64,000 nt of DNA from Bdellovibrionales bacterium (GCA_965242515.1 OZ251448.1:518512-582511); one strand, 5' to 3'. Counted from the first letter of the stretch, positions 38,401 through 46,790 are shown. Notes: a model not told the origin generated them from the sequence alone. Program-made: numbers and translations.

Positions 38401-39172
38401 TATTTTTATGAATAATATATACGCTCCAGTCCTTATGTCTTTATCAAACATATTAGAAGAGCCAGATTTAAAAGTAGAAGTTTTAGATAAAATATTTATT
38501 CCCTACATGTTAAAAGGTAATGACATAACACCTTACCATTATCAGTTTCCAAAATCAGCACCCCCCCCTCCGAAATATATAGAATCTTATTTCTCTGATG
38601 AATTAATTTTTTCTGCAGAAAATGGATTAAATAGCATGCCAGGCTCAACACATGAAAGGTTAAAGTCTTTGCGTAAGTTGTTTTTATTTCAAAGCATATT
38701 CTTCTCACTAGACCGTGCCACTCAGAATGAATATGAACAATTTATTAAAAAATACTCTTGTAAAATCATACCAGATAAAGACATTGATGATAACTTTATG
38801 GATCGCATACAAAGACCATACTTCCAAAATCAAGTGCCTTACATAAAGGTACTGTTAAATAAATTTAACACACAATACCCAAAACTCACAAAGTATCGTG
38901 CTAATGCTTTTACACAATTTTTACACGAGCAAAAAGATGTGTTTCACACAGAGCATAGTAACAAACACATTTTATGTATTCCTTATTCTGGTGAAAACAA
39001 TAATGTGTTAATAAATATAATAAAAAAATATAATAAAATTAGACAATGTACTAACACAAAAAAAGCACAAAGCTCGTATTGTGAAAACACTAAAAACAAA
39101 CAGTTGATTTTAAATCTTATTGAAAAATACATTCTCATCGTCAATGCCCAGCCAGCACTGTTAAATAATTAA
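35438..39172 (+). CDS. Giant lipoprotein with a metzincin-type zinc metalloprotease motif
   Basis: ATG at 35438 gives MKNKLCILTSTLCLTLLSHTAC (lipobox). ILHEMGHTFSLMHNY (HExxHxxxxxH) is followed by SSVMDYG (Met-turn-like). From memory this resembles the DUF4953/DUF5117 zinc-dependent metalloprotease family. The tracked ORF begins at TTG 35399. Confidence 0.75.
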   Translation: MKNKLCILTSTLCLTLLSHTACTRKIIKTYPQLKHQFKQSTADTLYNKADFEVLNSQTQPAHFINKDLLEDNTITIRTNPTGTPVKISSTAGEVKIDSSISFVNQYYLIGYTVQSKLNKKQELLSKLLGNIKDFKGFPNTTYRIVPSLRKNYLVLYRVAKKSQIPYDEYSSAITLNNELIAAPLVGYPIKYCKAEVLKNDDYEDTGQYRPKCEDISQKSAEYIQFNQIDKNVFQYEPKMDYFPSDFFNGKWFFTETVIATNENASLNRIHTGFQMGTLVEFKKEPERLLAVESSGINIEDKDKQRTIAIPIEWEDHSFDFSDKKATFKEKMQDKIRDINRPYFKILFNKLLGENSGTTLKDIKITDDYFSYAFDIEQHGTLVTLQIAFMKEKTDHTNHPEKQWIASNHKDFFSTFFTERQHYVSADEHTTQDINHYRRVTRFNPNNKVIKWHFSKNSTHAPWIRQLVRHAVALWDKAFSKAAEGTGKTPIRIVLDESKEVDLGDLHFNIINMVEMKSDLPSGLLGYGPSISHPITGEVIAGTANIYVNPILTQYINIIRGYIRFHLFPPIWKWLPNSPGVSTYLHERIQQLCPEVATFIKNNQNIKFLGQNTIIDDKSITRQCAITMAREEMLSTILHEMGHTFSLMHNYTASVDTKNMYESYEEIKAIFGDNILNNSTPSHPKPAYFSSVMDYGLFTQPLLTVPGKYDIDAIRFIYYDRVQTQDGSMIKVANNPNKDTKSILQIANKQGKKVKKYAKCGKITIGHIVLDGDQDNPFCEQFDYGKTSEQIIKNHIIHFKNLMMRELKFYDTNKDTERHVFRFFNQAQYLGDVIGKWITAYTKERVQLTSGKHITLPIYSENNEEYINTLENTAKHNSNFKQYYDVKKLLFDFFKEVISLPTQTCFFATPDDDTYYNFSLIRIKRYISTNFNLQHSAIISSCQSPLVLNAAKQMTKQTDLQFVTEIGFPPIRQSYSVPIHIANDLDEHSIFMNNIYAPVLMSLSNILEEPDLKVEVLDKIFIPYMLKGNDITPYHYQFPKSAPPPPKYIESYFSDELIFSAENGLNSMPGSTHERLKSLRKLFLFQSIFFSLDRATQNEYEQFIKKYSCKIIPDKDIDDNFMDRIQRPYFQNQVPYIKVLLNKFNTQYPKLTKYRANAFTQFLHEQKDVFHTEHSNKHILCIPYSGENNNVLINIIKKYNKIRQCTNTKKAQSSYCENTKNKQLILNLIEKYILIVNAQPALLNN

Positions 39173-40129
39173 ATGCCACTACTAATTGCTTTGTTGTTAC
39201 TAAGCGTGAATGGAGTTCACTTATCTGTTTATGCCACACCTGCCACTCAAGGGGCTTCTTTATCTCTTACCACACCACCTAAAAAAACATCTGACAATAT
39301 ACTACAAGGTAGCGTTACCACTAAGATACTTCGAAATATCCGTATTAACGAATCCATTTTTGACACCACTAAACGAGATAATCTATTAGATACTCTGGAT
39401 ATACAAAACACTTTTTTCTTATCCTACGCTACAGATAAGAGCTTTCTTAACCGGTACTGGATATTTAATGAAAAAGACATATTTTTCTCCCTTAGTTATA
39501 GAAGGGCTATGTATGCTAACCACATTAAGTTACGCGACACTTGTTGGCATTCTGTACTATGTTTTAACAATGCAGAAATAGGGTTATCACACAAACTCAT
39601 TAATAAATGGTGGAGTAAAAATAGTGATGTTTTTTACTACTTAACACTACCTGTTTCTAAAAAATCTGTAACAGAATCGTTTTTATTTGGAACAGGAGTG
39701 AGGTTAGAAACGCAACATCCCCTAACTGGCATGCCACGAGGAAAGTGGGAGTGGGAGGCTTCTCATTCTTTAGATTTTAACTGGTACATGTACCAAGAGG
39801 CTAATCAAAAGGGTACTCTCTATAATGTACCTCTACAAAGCTCTCACAAAATAGAATTAAGTTTAAATTACTCTAAACACTCTTTTTTGCCTGAGCTTTT
39901 TTTAATAGGGAAATACGCAGTTTATGTTAATATGAAAAAAAACATATTCCACGAAAGTGCCTTAGGTGGTGGGGGGTATTGGAATATTAACAAAACATGG
40001 AAGATTGTAGCTTCTCTTATGTGGGGCGATAATTTTTTTAAAACTCAAGGCACAGCCCTTACCCCTAAAACAACTGTGTTTAGCCCTGATAAGACATTTT
40101 TTAGCATCGCTACTTCTTTAAATTTTTAA
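39173..40129 (+). CDS. Putative outer-membrane beta-barrel protein, translationally coupled to the metalloprotease
   Basis: ATG immediately follows the upstream TAA. Signal peptide MPLLIALLLLSVNGVHLSVYA. Alternating hydrophobic pattern and C-terminal FSIATSLNF ending in Phe (beta-signal-like). Confidence 0.55.
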   Translation: MPLLIALLLLSVNGVHLSVYATPATQGASLSLTTPPKKTSDNILQGSVTTKILRNIRINESIFDTTKRDNLLDTLDIQNTFFLSYATDKSFLNRYWIFNEKDIFFSLSYRRAMYANHIKLRDTCWHSVLCFNNAEIGLSHKLINKWWSKNSDVFYYLTLPVSKKSVTESFLFGTGVRLETQHPLTGMPRGKWEWEASHSLDFNWYMYQEANQKGTLYNVPLQSSHKIELSLNYSKHSFLPELFLIGKYAVYVNMKKNIFHESALGGGGYWNINKTWKIVASLMWGDNFFKTQGTALTPKTTVFSPDKTFFSIATSLNF

Positions 40130-40148
40130 TCTAGGTTACAATATTGCT

Positions 40149-41339
40149 ATGTCTGATTGGAAAACATGGAACCTTTTTCAACCCACGCAAGAACACGCCC
40201 TCCTGCGTCAAACAGTAGCTAATTTCACAAAAAATGAAGTAGAAAAACAAGCTTTAGAATATGACCGAAAAGAGCAATTTAACCTCCCTTTGTTTAAAAA
40301 AATGGGAAGTTTAGGGCTTTTAGGGCTTACTGCAGACACCAGCTTAGGTGGTGGGGGTATGGATGCCTTATCAGCTGTGATTGTGCATGAGGAACTAAGC
40401 TACTCAGACCCCGGACTGTGCCTTAGTTATTTAGCTCACACTATACTTTGCACGCACAATATATCAGTTAATGCGAGTGAGGAGCAAAAAAAACGCTGGC
40501 TCCCGAGGCTATGCTCGGGCTCTTGGGTAGGTGCTATGGCGATGTCAGAAGCTGAAGCAGGTACGGATGTACTCAATATGAAAACCCATTTTGAAAAACA
40601 AAATAACCAGTTTATTATTAATGGTCGTAAGATGTGGATCACCAATGGTGCATTAGACGAGAAAAACTCTCCCGCTGATTGTGTGTTGCTTTACGCTATA
40701 TCAAAAAAAGATAAAAAAATATCTACTTTTTTAGTAGAAAAAAATAGCAAAGGCTTTGTTGTGGGGCAAAAAATTAAAGACAAAACAGGGATGCGTGCCT
40801 CCAATACAGCAGAACTTGTATTTAACAACTGCACCCTACCCGCCCAAAACCTTATTGGCAAACAAGATGAATCGCTATTTCAAATGATGAGAAATTTAGA
40901 GTTTGAAAGGCTATCTCTTGCAGCTATGAGCCTTGGTATTGCTAAACGATGCCTGTATGAAATGAACCACTATGCCACCACTCGCACCACTTTTGGAAAA
41001 CCTATCCGTCACCATGGTCAAATTCAAAAATATTTAGCTAAAAGTTACGCTCAATATATGAGCTGCAAAACTTTTATCTACAACATTGCTCGCCAAATAC
41101 AGCTGGACCAAAATAAAATCCAACGGCTAGAATGCGATAGTGCTAAACTCATTACTGCCCAAGTAGCTAAACAAATTGCCGATAACGCCATGCAGATTTT
41201 AGGAGGCTATGGCTATGTGGGAGAGTACACAGTAGAGCGATTGTGGAGAGATTCCAAACTATTAGAAATTGGTGGTGGCACTAACGAAGCTTTGGAAAAA
41301 AACATCACTAAAGAAATGGAAAAACCTCTGTCTTTATAA
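40149..41339 (+). CDS. Acyl-CoA dehydrogenase
   Basis: Typical about 390-aa length. MSEAEAGTDV, WITNG, and C-terminal ILGGYGYVGEYTVERLWRDSKLLEIGGGTNEA. Confidence 0.9.
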   Translation: MSDWKTWNLFQPTQEHALLRQTVANFTKNEVEKQALEYDRKEQFNLPLFKKMGSLGLLGLTADTSLGGGGMDALSAVIVHEELSYSDPGLCLSYLAHTILCTHNISVNASEEQKKRWLPRLCSGSWVGAMAMSEAEAGTDVLNMKTHFEKQNNQFIINGRKMWITNGALDEKNSPADCVLLYAISKKDKKISTFLVEKNSKGFVVGQKIKDKTGMRASNTAELVFNNCTLPAQNLIGKQDESLFQMMRNLEFERLSLAAMSLGIAKRCLYEMNHYATTRTTFGKPIRHHGQIQKYLAKSYAQYMSCKTFIYNIARQIQLDQNKIQRLECDSAKLITAQVAKQIADNAMQILGGYGYVGEYTVERLWRDSKLLEIGGGTNEALEKNITKEMEKPLSL

Positions 41340-41374
41340 CCTTTTTTTTCCATCTTATGTTATAAAAACCACCT

Positions 41375-42211
41375 TTATTTTTTACGATAAGATCTATGTT
41401 GTTGCGAGGATCTTTGTGAAGACCTTTGATAACCACCATATCTTTTAGCAGAAGAAGCAAATCTATGGCTCCCCGAATGTTGATGTTGTGGTGATTGGTG
41501 TCTCCCATAAGAGTTATTACTACCACTACTTTGCTTTGCTTTATAATAACTGCTGTGGTGGGGGCGATGACGCTCATTACCACCACTACTGCCATAAGCA
41601 CTTTTTTTACGGGGTAAAGATGCCGATAAGTGAGAGCCACCTGACCAATCCCTGCTATCCCTATTGCCGATAAAGCGTTTTTTGTTATCATCATTATACC
41701 TTCTTCTGCCAGTTACTTTTGCATCATAACTGCCACTATAGAAATCATCTGATAAGGTGTTGCCACCACTTTCTCTTAAGTTAAGGGGAGACATTTTAGA
41801 TGCGTTCGTTATTTTTTTAATCTCTTGATCTTGTTGAATTAAAACTTCACCTACGGAAGATACTTCTTTTTTATGAATTTTATTTAAAAATTGCTTCGTA
41901 ATGCCTTTTCGATATTTAAGTTTTTCTACTTGCTCTGATAAATCCACCGTCACATCCCCAAAACAAAAAAGCTGACAAGAAAGCCTACGATCATCTAAAA
42001 AATGCCCAGCCCCTATAAGCTCCACCTCTTTAGCATTAGGTGGCAACACACAAGCCTCCCCTTCTACAATATACACACGACACTCTGCACAAGCACACAT
42101 CCCGTTACAAGAAGAACTAATGGGTAGTTTATTAGCCCGGGCGGCTTCTAATACACTACTTCCTACAGGCACTTCGACCGACACATTTTGAGGTAAGAAT
42201 TTTACTTTCAT
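41375..42211 (-). CDS. 2Fe-2S ferredoxin-domain protein with an about 150-aa basic Ser/Gly/Arg/His-rich tail
   Basis: N-terminal about 100 aa has the ferredoxin-like Cys cluster SSCNGMCACAECRV...LSCQL. The remainder is low-complexity (GRRRYNDDNKKR...HRPHHSSYYKAKQSSGSNNSYGRHQSPQHQHSGSHR...). Confidence 0.7.
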   Translation of the reverse strand: MKVKFLPQNVSVEVPVGSSVLEAARANKLPISSSCNGMCACAECRVYIVEGEACVLPPNAKEVELIGAGHFLDDRRLSCQLFCFGDVTVDLSEQVEKLKYRKGITKQFLNKIHKKEVSSVGEVLIQQDQEIKKITNASKMSPLNLRESGGNTLSDDFYSGSYDAKVTGRRRYNDDNKKRFIGNRDSRDWSGGSHLSASLPRKKSAYGSSGGNERHRPHHSSYYKAKQSSGSNNSYGRHQSPQHQHSGSHRFASSAKRYGGYQRSSQRSSQQHRSYRKK

Positions 42212-42470
42212 AAGGTAAATATAGCAAATAAATGCTTGCTTTCAAAATTATTTTGCTTATTATATATTGTTCTCTTTAAAAAGTAGTAGCGAAGGGAGCA
42301 AAAAAACTGGACAAAAAGCTTAAGAGAATGGTTTGGGGACTTTCTTCTTTGGGGAACAAATAGAAAGTTTTTATGATATTATTAGATGGTGCTTTAAGAG
42401 CATGGTTGAAAGACACTTCAGTTCAAAGGTGTTAAAAGGCAATAAGTAAAAGAAGGAGAAAAGCAAAATC

Positions 42471-42947
42471 ATGTCGGAACAAAGAAAACCCATTACTTTA
42501 AAAGGCAAATCTCTTTTAGAAACAGAGCTAAAGCGACTAATGGAAGTAGAAAGACCTAAAGTAATTAAAGCCATTGAGACAGCCCGCGGGCATGGCGATT
42601 TGAGCGAAAATGCCGATTACGCCGCCGCTAAAGAGCAACAAGGGCATATTGAAGGTCGCATCAGTCACATTAGCAATATCCTTAGTAATGCAGAAGTAAT
42701 AGATACCAGTGCTATCAAATCAGACCGTATCACCTTTGGTGCTTATGTGGAGTTAGAAGAAGAAAGTGGCAAAAAAGTAACTTACCAAATCGTGGGTGAA
42801 GAAGAAGCAGATGTGCATCAAGGTAAAATCTCTATAAAATCCCCCCTTGCTCGCAGACTAATAGGTAAAAAAACAAACGAGGAGTTTGAACTACAAAACC
42901 CTAAGGGAGAAAAAATTTATCAAATAAAAAACTTTTACTTTAAATAA
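42471..42947 (+). CDS. greA: Transcription elongation factor GreA
   Basis: 158 aa. ITLKGKSLLETELKRL...ARGHGDLSENADYAAAKEQQ...SPLARRLIGKK, a canonical GreA signature. AGGAG RBS upstream. Confidence 0.9.
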   Translation: MSEQRKPITLKGKSLLETELKRLMEVERPKVIKAIETARGHGDLSENADYAAAKEQQGHIEGRISHISNILSNAEVIDTSAIKSDRITFGAYVELEEESGKKVTYQIVGEEEADVHQGKISIKSPLARRLIGKKTNEEFELQNPKGEKIYQIKNFYFK

Positions 42948-42993
42948 CTACCCCCCCTTCCGCCTCTTATTTTTTAATAAAACTCCAAGGGTG

Positions 42994-43090
42994 ATACAAC
43001 AGAATATAACAACAGGGTATAACAACAGAATATAACAACAGGGTATAACAGCAGATATAACAACAGAGTATAACAGCAGGATATAACAAA
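42994..43090 (+). repeat. Tandem array of about seven 12-13-nt units TATAACA(A/G)CAGRR upstream of the kinase-like gene
   Basis: tataacaacaggg / tataacaacagaa / tataacagcagga and similar units read consecutively. The array ends ...aacagcaggatataacaaaaATG. Confidence 0.85.
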
Positions 43091-43115
43091 AATGCAAAAA
43101 ACAACTTAACAAACA

Positions 43116-44111
43116 ATGCAAAAAAAACTAAAAACCCCAAGGCTTTTTTTAAAAATAAATATTGTATTATTTACGGGGCTTTTGTGTTTTATGCTGATAG
43201 CATCTTACTTACTCGCACACAAACAACACCAACATTTTAAACCATCTATTAAATTATCCGGTACAGAAGTATTAGTGCAATATTACTTACATGTTTATTT
43301 CCCTAAACAATTCCCAAACCTTTCACAAACTGCTTTATTTTTATCACATTTAAAATGGCTGGGGTTAGTAATGAGTGCAGGGTTTTTATTTTTATCTTTA
43401 GCACTATTTTTATACTTAAGGCGGTTTATCAACGCCAGCCATTTTGTTTTTAAAGCTTTAACTTTTACCAACAAAAAACAAAAACAAAAAGGGCTTTGTT
43501 ACCTTACTCACAACCACAATCCTTATTTAAAGCCTGTAAAAAAACCACTGCTTTCTTTATTATCTGATAAAACATTTAAACCTGCTTTATCTAAAAAAGA
43601 TAAAGATATTTATTTTTCTCACATTATTAAAGATGTTGTACATCAAGCCGGCATTCTGTATCCTGATTGGACAATACAAACTGATATAGATTCAGATATT
43701 TTGTTACCGGTTTTTGCAGATCATTTATTTCAATCTATTTGGGAGTTAGTAAAAAACGCTGTGGACACTAATACTGAAAACAAAACTCTTAACATTCGCA
43801 CTGTCACCAAAAATGACGAATGGTTTTGTTGCACGGTAAGTGATAAAGGTCCGGGTATGCATAAAACCACCCTCACTCAAGCATGCCTGCCTTATTTTAC
43901 CACTAAACCACAGGCTATTGGCATGGGGCTTACTTTAGTAGATAAAACACTGTCTAGGTTAGGGGGGCTTTTGCATTTTGATTCTCCTGATGATAGCCCA
44001 GGGCTTAGTGTATCACTCATGATACCTTTAGATTATATTGATCATATTAAAACCTTAAAAAACACAAACAATTATACTGATCATAATATACAAAAAGGAG
44101 CAATGGCTTAA
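43116..44111 (+). CDS. Membrane-bound histidine-kinase-like ATPase (HATPase_c), H-box not evident
   Basis: Two N-terminal TM segments. N-box WELVKNAVD, G1 VSDKGPGM, F/G2 PYFTTKPQAIGMGLTLV. No convincing HExxxP phosphoacceptor motif seen. Confidence 0.6.
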   Translation: MQKKLKTPRLFLKINIVLFTGLLCFMLIASYLLAHKQHQHFKPSIKLSGTEVLVQYYLHVYFPKQFPNLSQTALFLSHLKWLGLVMSAGFLFLSLALFLYLRRFINASHFVFKALTFTNKKQKQKGLCYLTHNHNPYLKPVKKPLLSLLSDKTFKPALSKKDKDIYFSHIIKDVVHQAGILYPDWTIQTDIDSDILLPVFADHLFQSIWELVKNAVDTNTENKTLNIRTVTKNDEWFCCTVSDKGPGMHKTTLTQACLPYFTTKPQAIGMGLTLVDKTLSRLGGLLHFDSPDDSPGLSVSLMIPLDYIDHIKTLKNTNNYTDHNIQKGAMA

Positions 44112-44112
44112 T

Positions 44113-45126
44113 ATGCTTTCTTTACCTCAATGGATAGCACAATTAAAACAATGCTACGATATTCCTACTACCATCGAGCTGTTTGTTAAAAAATCTCCTG
44201 TGCCTACATTGTATTTTGCATATAATGTACACAACGCACAGCTTACTTTAAAATGCCACAATTTATCTCACACTAAAAGTCAAACACTGTATCTTTATGA
44301 AATGGAGCCTGAGTTTCATCCTAGTCAATTATATCACCCAAAAAACATACCTAGTGTGCATAAAATATTTACTCAACTCTTAGATAACGCTACTTACGAA
44401 TGCACACCACTTGTATTTAACAAGCAAGTAACAGGTATTGTTGCTTATCAAACAAGCTCTCTAAAACAACACATAAACACTATTAAACAATTAAAAAACC
44501 AACTTTTTATTTTAGATTATTATATTAAAAACTTTTTATGGATGGATTGTTGGCAAAAAGATCACACTATTGACATGGGTACAAATTGTTTAAATAAAAA
44601 ATCTTTATTAAAGATATTGTTTATGGAAGTCTCCCGTGCAAGAAGGTTATTATTACCCGTTAGTGTTATTGCTTTACAGGTAGATTGTATAAGTGCATTA
44701 GAATCTGCTTATGGGTCTTATCAAACCACACTACTTTTAAAATCTTTAGCTAATAACATTAAGATGGAGATGAGGGCTTATGACAGTTTAGGTGTATTAG
44801 AGGGTGGGAAATTAGCACTTATTTTACCACACACAGGGGAAAGTAGTGCTGGCATGAGGGCTGAAAAAATCAGGTGGGTCGTTAAGTCTTCTGATTTTTC
44901 TAAAGTGTTCCCCACGCATCCACAAATCAGTATTAGTTTAGGGTTAGTGGAATACCCTAAAGTAGGACGATCGGCAGAAGATTTACTGCACTATGTACTT
45001 AAAGCATGTGCTTTTGCTCACACAGAATGTGGTGGTAATATGACAGCTGTCGCTGACCCAAGTACAGGCTTTAAACAAGACTTCCAAGTGCCAGATAGAA
45101 GGCATGATTTAATTAGAAATTTGTAA
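44113..45126 (+). CDS. Degenerate GGDEF-domain protein with an N-terminal uncharacterised domain
   Basis: Starts 1 nt after the upstream stop. RARRLLLPVSVIALQVDCISALESAYGSYQTTLLLKSLA...YDSLGVLEGGKLALILPHT has the GGDEF-domain layout, but with EGGKL in place of GG(D/E)EF. Confidence 0.55.
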   Translation: MLSLPQWIAQLKQCYDIPTTIELFVKKSPVPTLYFAYNVHNAQLTLKCHNLSHTKSQTLYLYEMEPEFHPSQLYHPKNIPSVHKIFTQLLDNATYECTPLVFNKQVTGIVAYQTSSLKQHINTIKQLKNQLFILDYYIKNFLWMDCWQKDHTIDMGTNCLNKKSLLKILFMEVSRARRLLLPVSVIALQVDCISALESAYGSYQTTLLLKSLANNIKMEMRAYDSLGVLEGGKLALILPHTGESSAGMRAEKIRWVVKSSDFSKVFPTHPQISISLGLVEYPKVGRSAEDLLHYVLKACAFAHTECGGNMTAVADPSTGFKQDFQVPDRRHDLIRNL

Positions 45127-45180
45127 GCACATATTTATATGTCAATTATTAAACACTTATTTAAAAAGGCTTAAAAACCA

Positions 45181-46761
45181 ATGTTTAAAAATGCTTTAGT
45201 CAGTGTGTCGGACAAAACAGGCTTGGTAGAGTTTATTAGCCCTTTAGTAAAACAAGGGATGCGAGTGGTTGCAACAGGGGGGACTGCCAGTTACCTTAAA
45301 AAAACAGGTATTGCAGTTAAAACGGTAGAAGAGCAAACTTATGCCCCAGAGGTTATGGGTGGCAGGGTTAAGTCTTTACACCCACGCATTCATATTCCGT
45401 TATTAGCACGAGGGGAAATAGACAAACAACTACTAGAAAAAGAAAACTTACAAGCTTTTGATTTATTAATCTGCAATCTATATCCTTTTGAAAAAACACC
45501 TACAATAGAAAACATTGATGTAGGTGGTCCAACTTTATTAAGGGCAGGGGCTAAAAACTTTCAATATGTAACAGTGGTATGCGATCCATTAGACTACCCT
45601 CTTATTGCTAAAAACGGCAAACCTAATTTAGAAAAAAGAAAGCACTTGGCTGGTAAAGTGTTTTCTGTTCTGGCTGACTATAATAAGTCTATTTCAAAAA
45701 ATCTTAATAGTCATATAGAACAAAACGAGGATTTGTATTTACAGGCAAAATTTTTTAAAACTTTGCGTTATGGGGAAAACCCAGGGCAAAAAGCTAAGTG
45801 GTTGACTTGTGAAGAACATGGTTTGCACAACATGCATCAACATCAGGGAAAAGAGCTATCGTTTAACAATTTAAAAGATATTAATTCTGCTGTAAATATG
45901 GTAAAAGAATTTCAAAAGCCATGTTGTGTTGCCGTTAAACATAATAACCCCTGTGGTGTAGCTATTTCTAATACAATAGACAAAGCTATGGATTTAGCTT
46001 TAAAAGCAGACCCGGTTAGTGTGTTTGGTGGAATGTTGGCTGTTAATCGCAAAATTGATAAACTGGAGGCTCAAAAATGTTGTTCTATTTTTTTATCAGG
46101 AGTGATTGCACATGATTACTCCCCTTCAGCTTTAGAGGTATTAAGTGCAAAAAAAAACTTACAAGTTATAAAATGGTCTGATTGGAACAAAGTCTCTAAA
46201 GCACCACAGCTACATTCTATTGCAGGTGGGGTTTTATTACAGGAGGCTTATGTTGATAAAACCAGTATGCAAAGTTGGAAAATTTTTGGCGATAAACCAA
46301 GTTTATCAGTTATCAGAGATTTAAACTTAGCATGGAAGGTGTGTGCACATTTAAAAAGCAATGCTATTTCTGTGGTTATGGGTGGTCAAACATTGGGGCT
46401 TGGTATGGGGCAGGTCAGTAGAATTCAAGCGGTGGAGGGGGCGGTTGCAAATTGGAAAAAATTTCACGCGGATATTTATTCAGCTGTGGAGGCTTCAGGT
46501 CAATCAGCTAGTCAGTCTGCAAGGCAATCTACTAGTCAATCAGCTAGTCAGTCTGTTAAAATTAAAAAAAATAACTCAGCTGTGGTACTGGCAAGTGATG
46601 GTTTTTTTCCGTTTGCTGATTCGGTAGAAGTGGCAGGAAAAGCGGGTGTTAAGTGGATTATTCAACCTGGGGGCTCTGTTCGCGATAAAGAAATATTAGA
46701 AGTAGCTAAAAAGCTTTCTATCAATATGATTTTTACAGGGCAAAGGTGTTTCCTACACTAG
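45181..46761 (+). CDS. purH: Bifunctional AICAR transformylase / IMP cyclohydrolase PurH, with a Ser/Gln/Ala repeat insertion
   Basis: MFKNALVSVSDKTGLVEF..., GGTASYLK, MGGRVKSLHP, VAVKHNNPCGVA, ASDGFFPFADSVE, IIQPGGSVRD. The extra SGQSASQSARQSTSQSASQSV precedes the ASDGFFPF motif. Confidence 0.95.
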   Translation: MFKNALVSVSDKTGLVEFISPLVKQGMRVVATGGTASYLKKTGIAVKTVEEQTYAPEVMGGRVKSLHPRIHIPLLARGEIDKQLLEKENLQAFDLLICNLYPFEKTPTIENIDVGGPTLLRAGAKNFQYVTVVCDPLDYPLIAKNGKPNLEKRKHLAGKVFSVLADYNKSISKNLNSHIEQNEDLYLQAKFFKTLRYGENPGQKAKWLTCEEHGLHNMHQHQGKELSFNNLKDINSAVNMVKEFQKPCCVAVKHNNPCGVAISNTIDKAMDLALKADPVSVFGGMLAVNRKIDKLEAQKCCSIFLSGVIAHDYSPSALEVLSAKKNLQVIKWSDWNKVSKAPQLHSIAGGVLLQEAYVDKTSMQSWKIFGDKPSLSVIRDLNLAWKVCAHLKSNAISVVMGGQTLGLGMGQVSRIQAVEGAVANWKKFHADIYSAVEASGQSASQSARQSTSQSASQSVKIKKNNSAVVLASDGFFPFADSVEVAGKAGVKWIIQPGGSVRDKEILEVAKKLSINMIFTGQRCFLH

Positions 46762-46772
46762 GGGGAGGGGTA

Positions 46773-46790
46773 AAAGAGCTAACGCTCTTT
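46773..46790 (+). terminator. Hairpin after purH
   Basis: aaagagc-taac-gctcttt forms a 7-bp stem 12 nt after the stop, followed by a moderately T-rich tail. Confidence 0.4.

Noticed and set aside
41308-41694. 128-aa minus-strand ORF overlapping the end of the acyl-CoA dehydrogenase gene and the ferredoxin tail.
   Set aside because: It is an alternative frame of the low-complexity tail region. It overlaps two better-supported genes and has no recognisable features.
46361-46627. 88-aa plus-strand ORF inside purH.
   Set aside because: It is an alternative frame within a gene whose own frame carries all PurH motifs.
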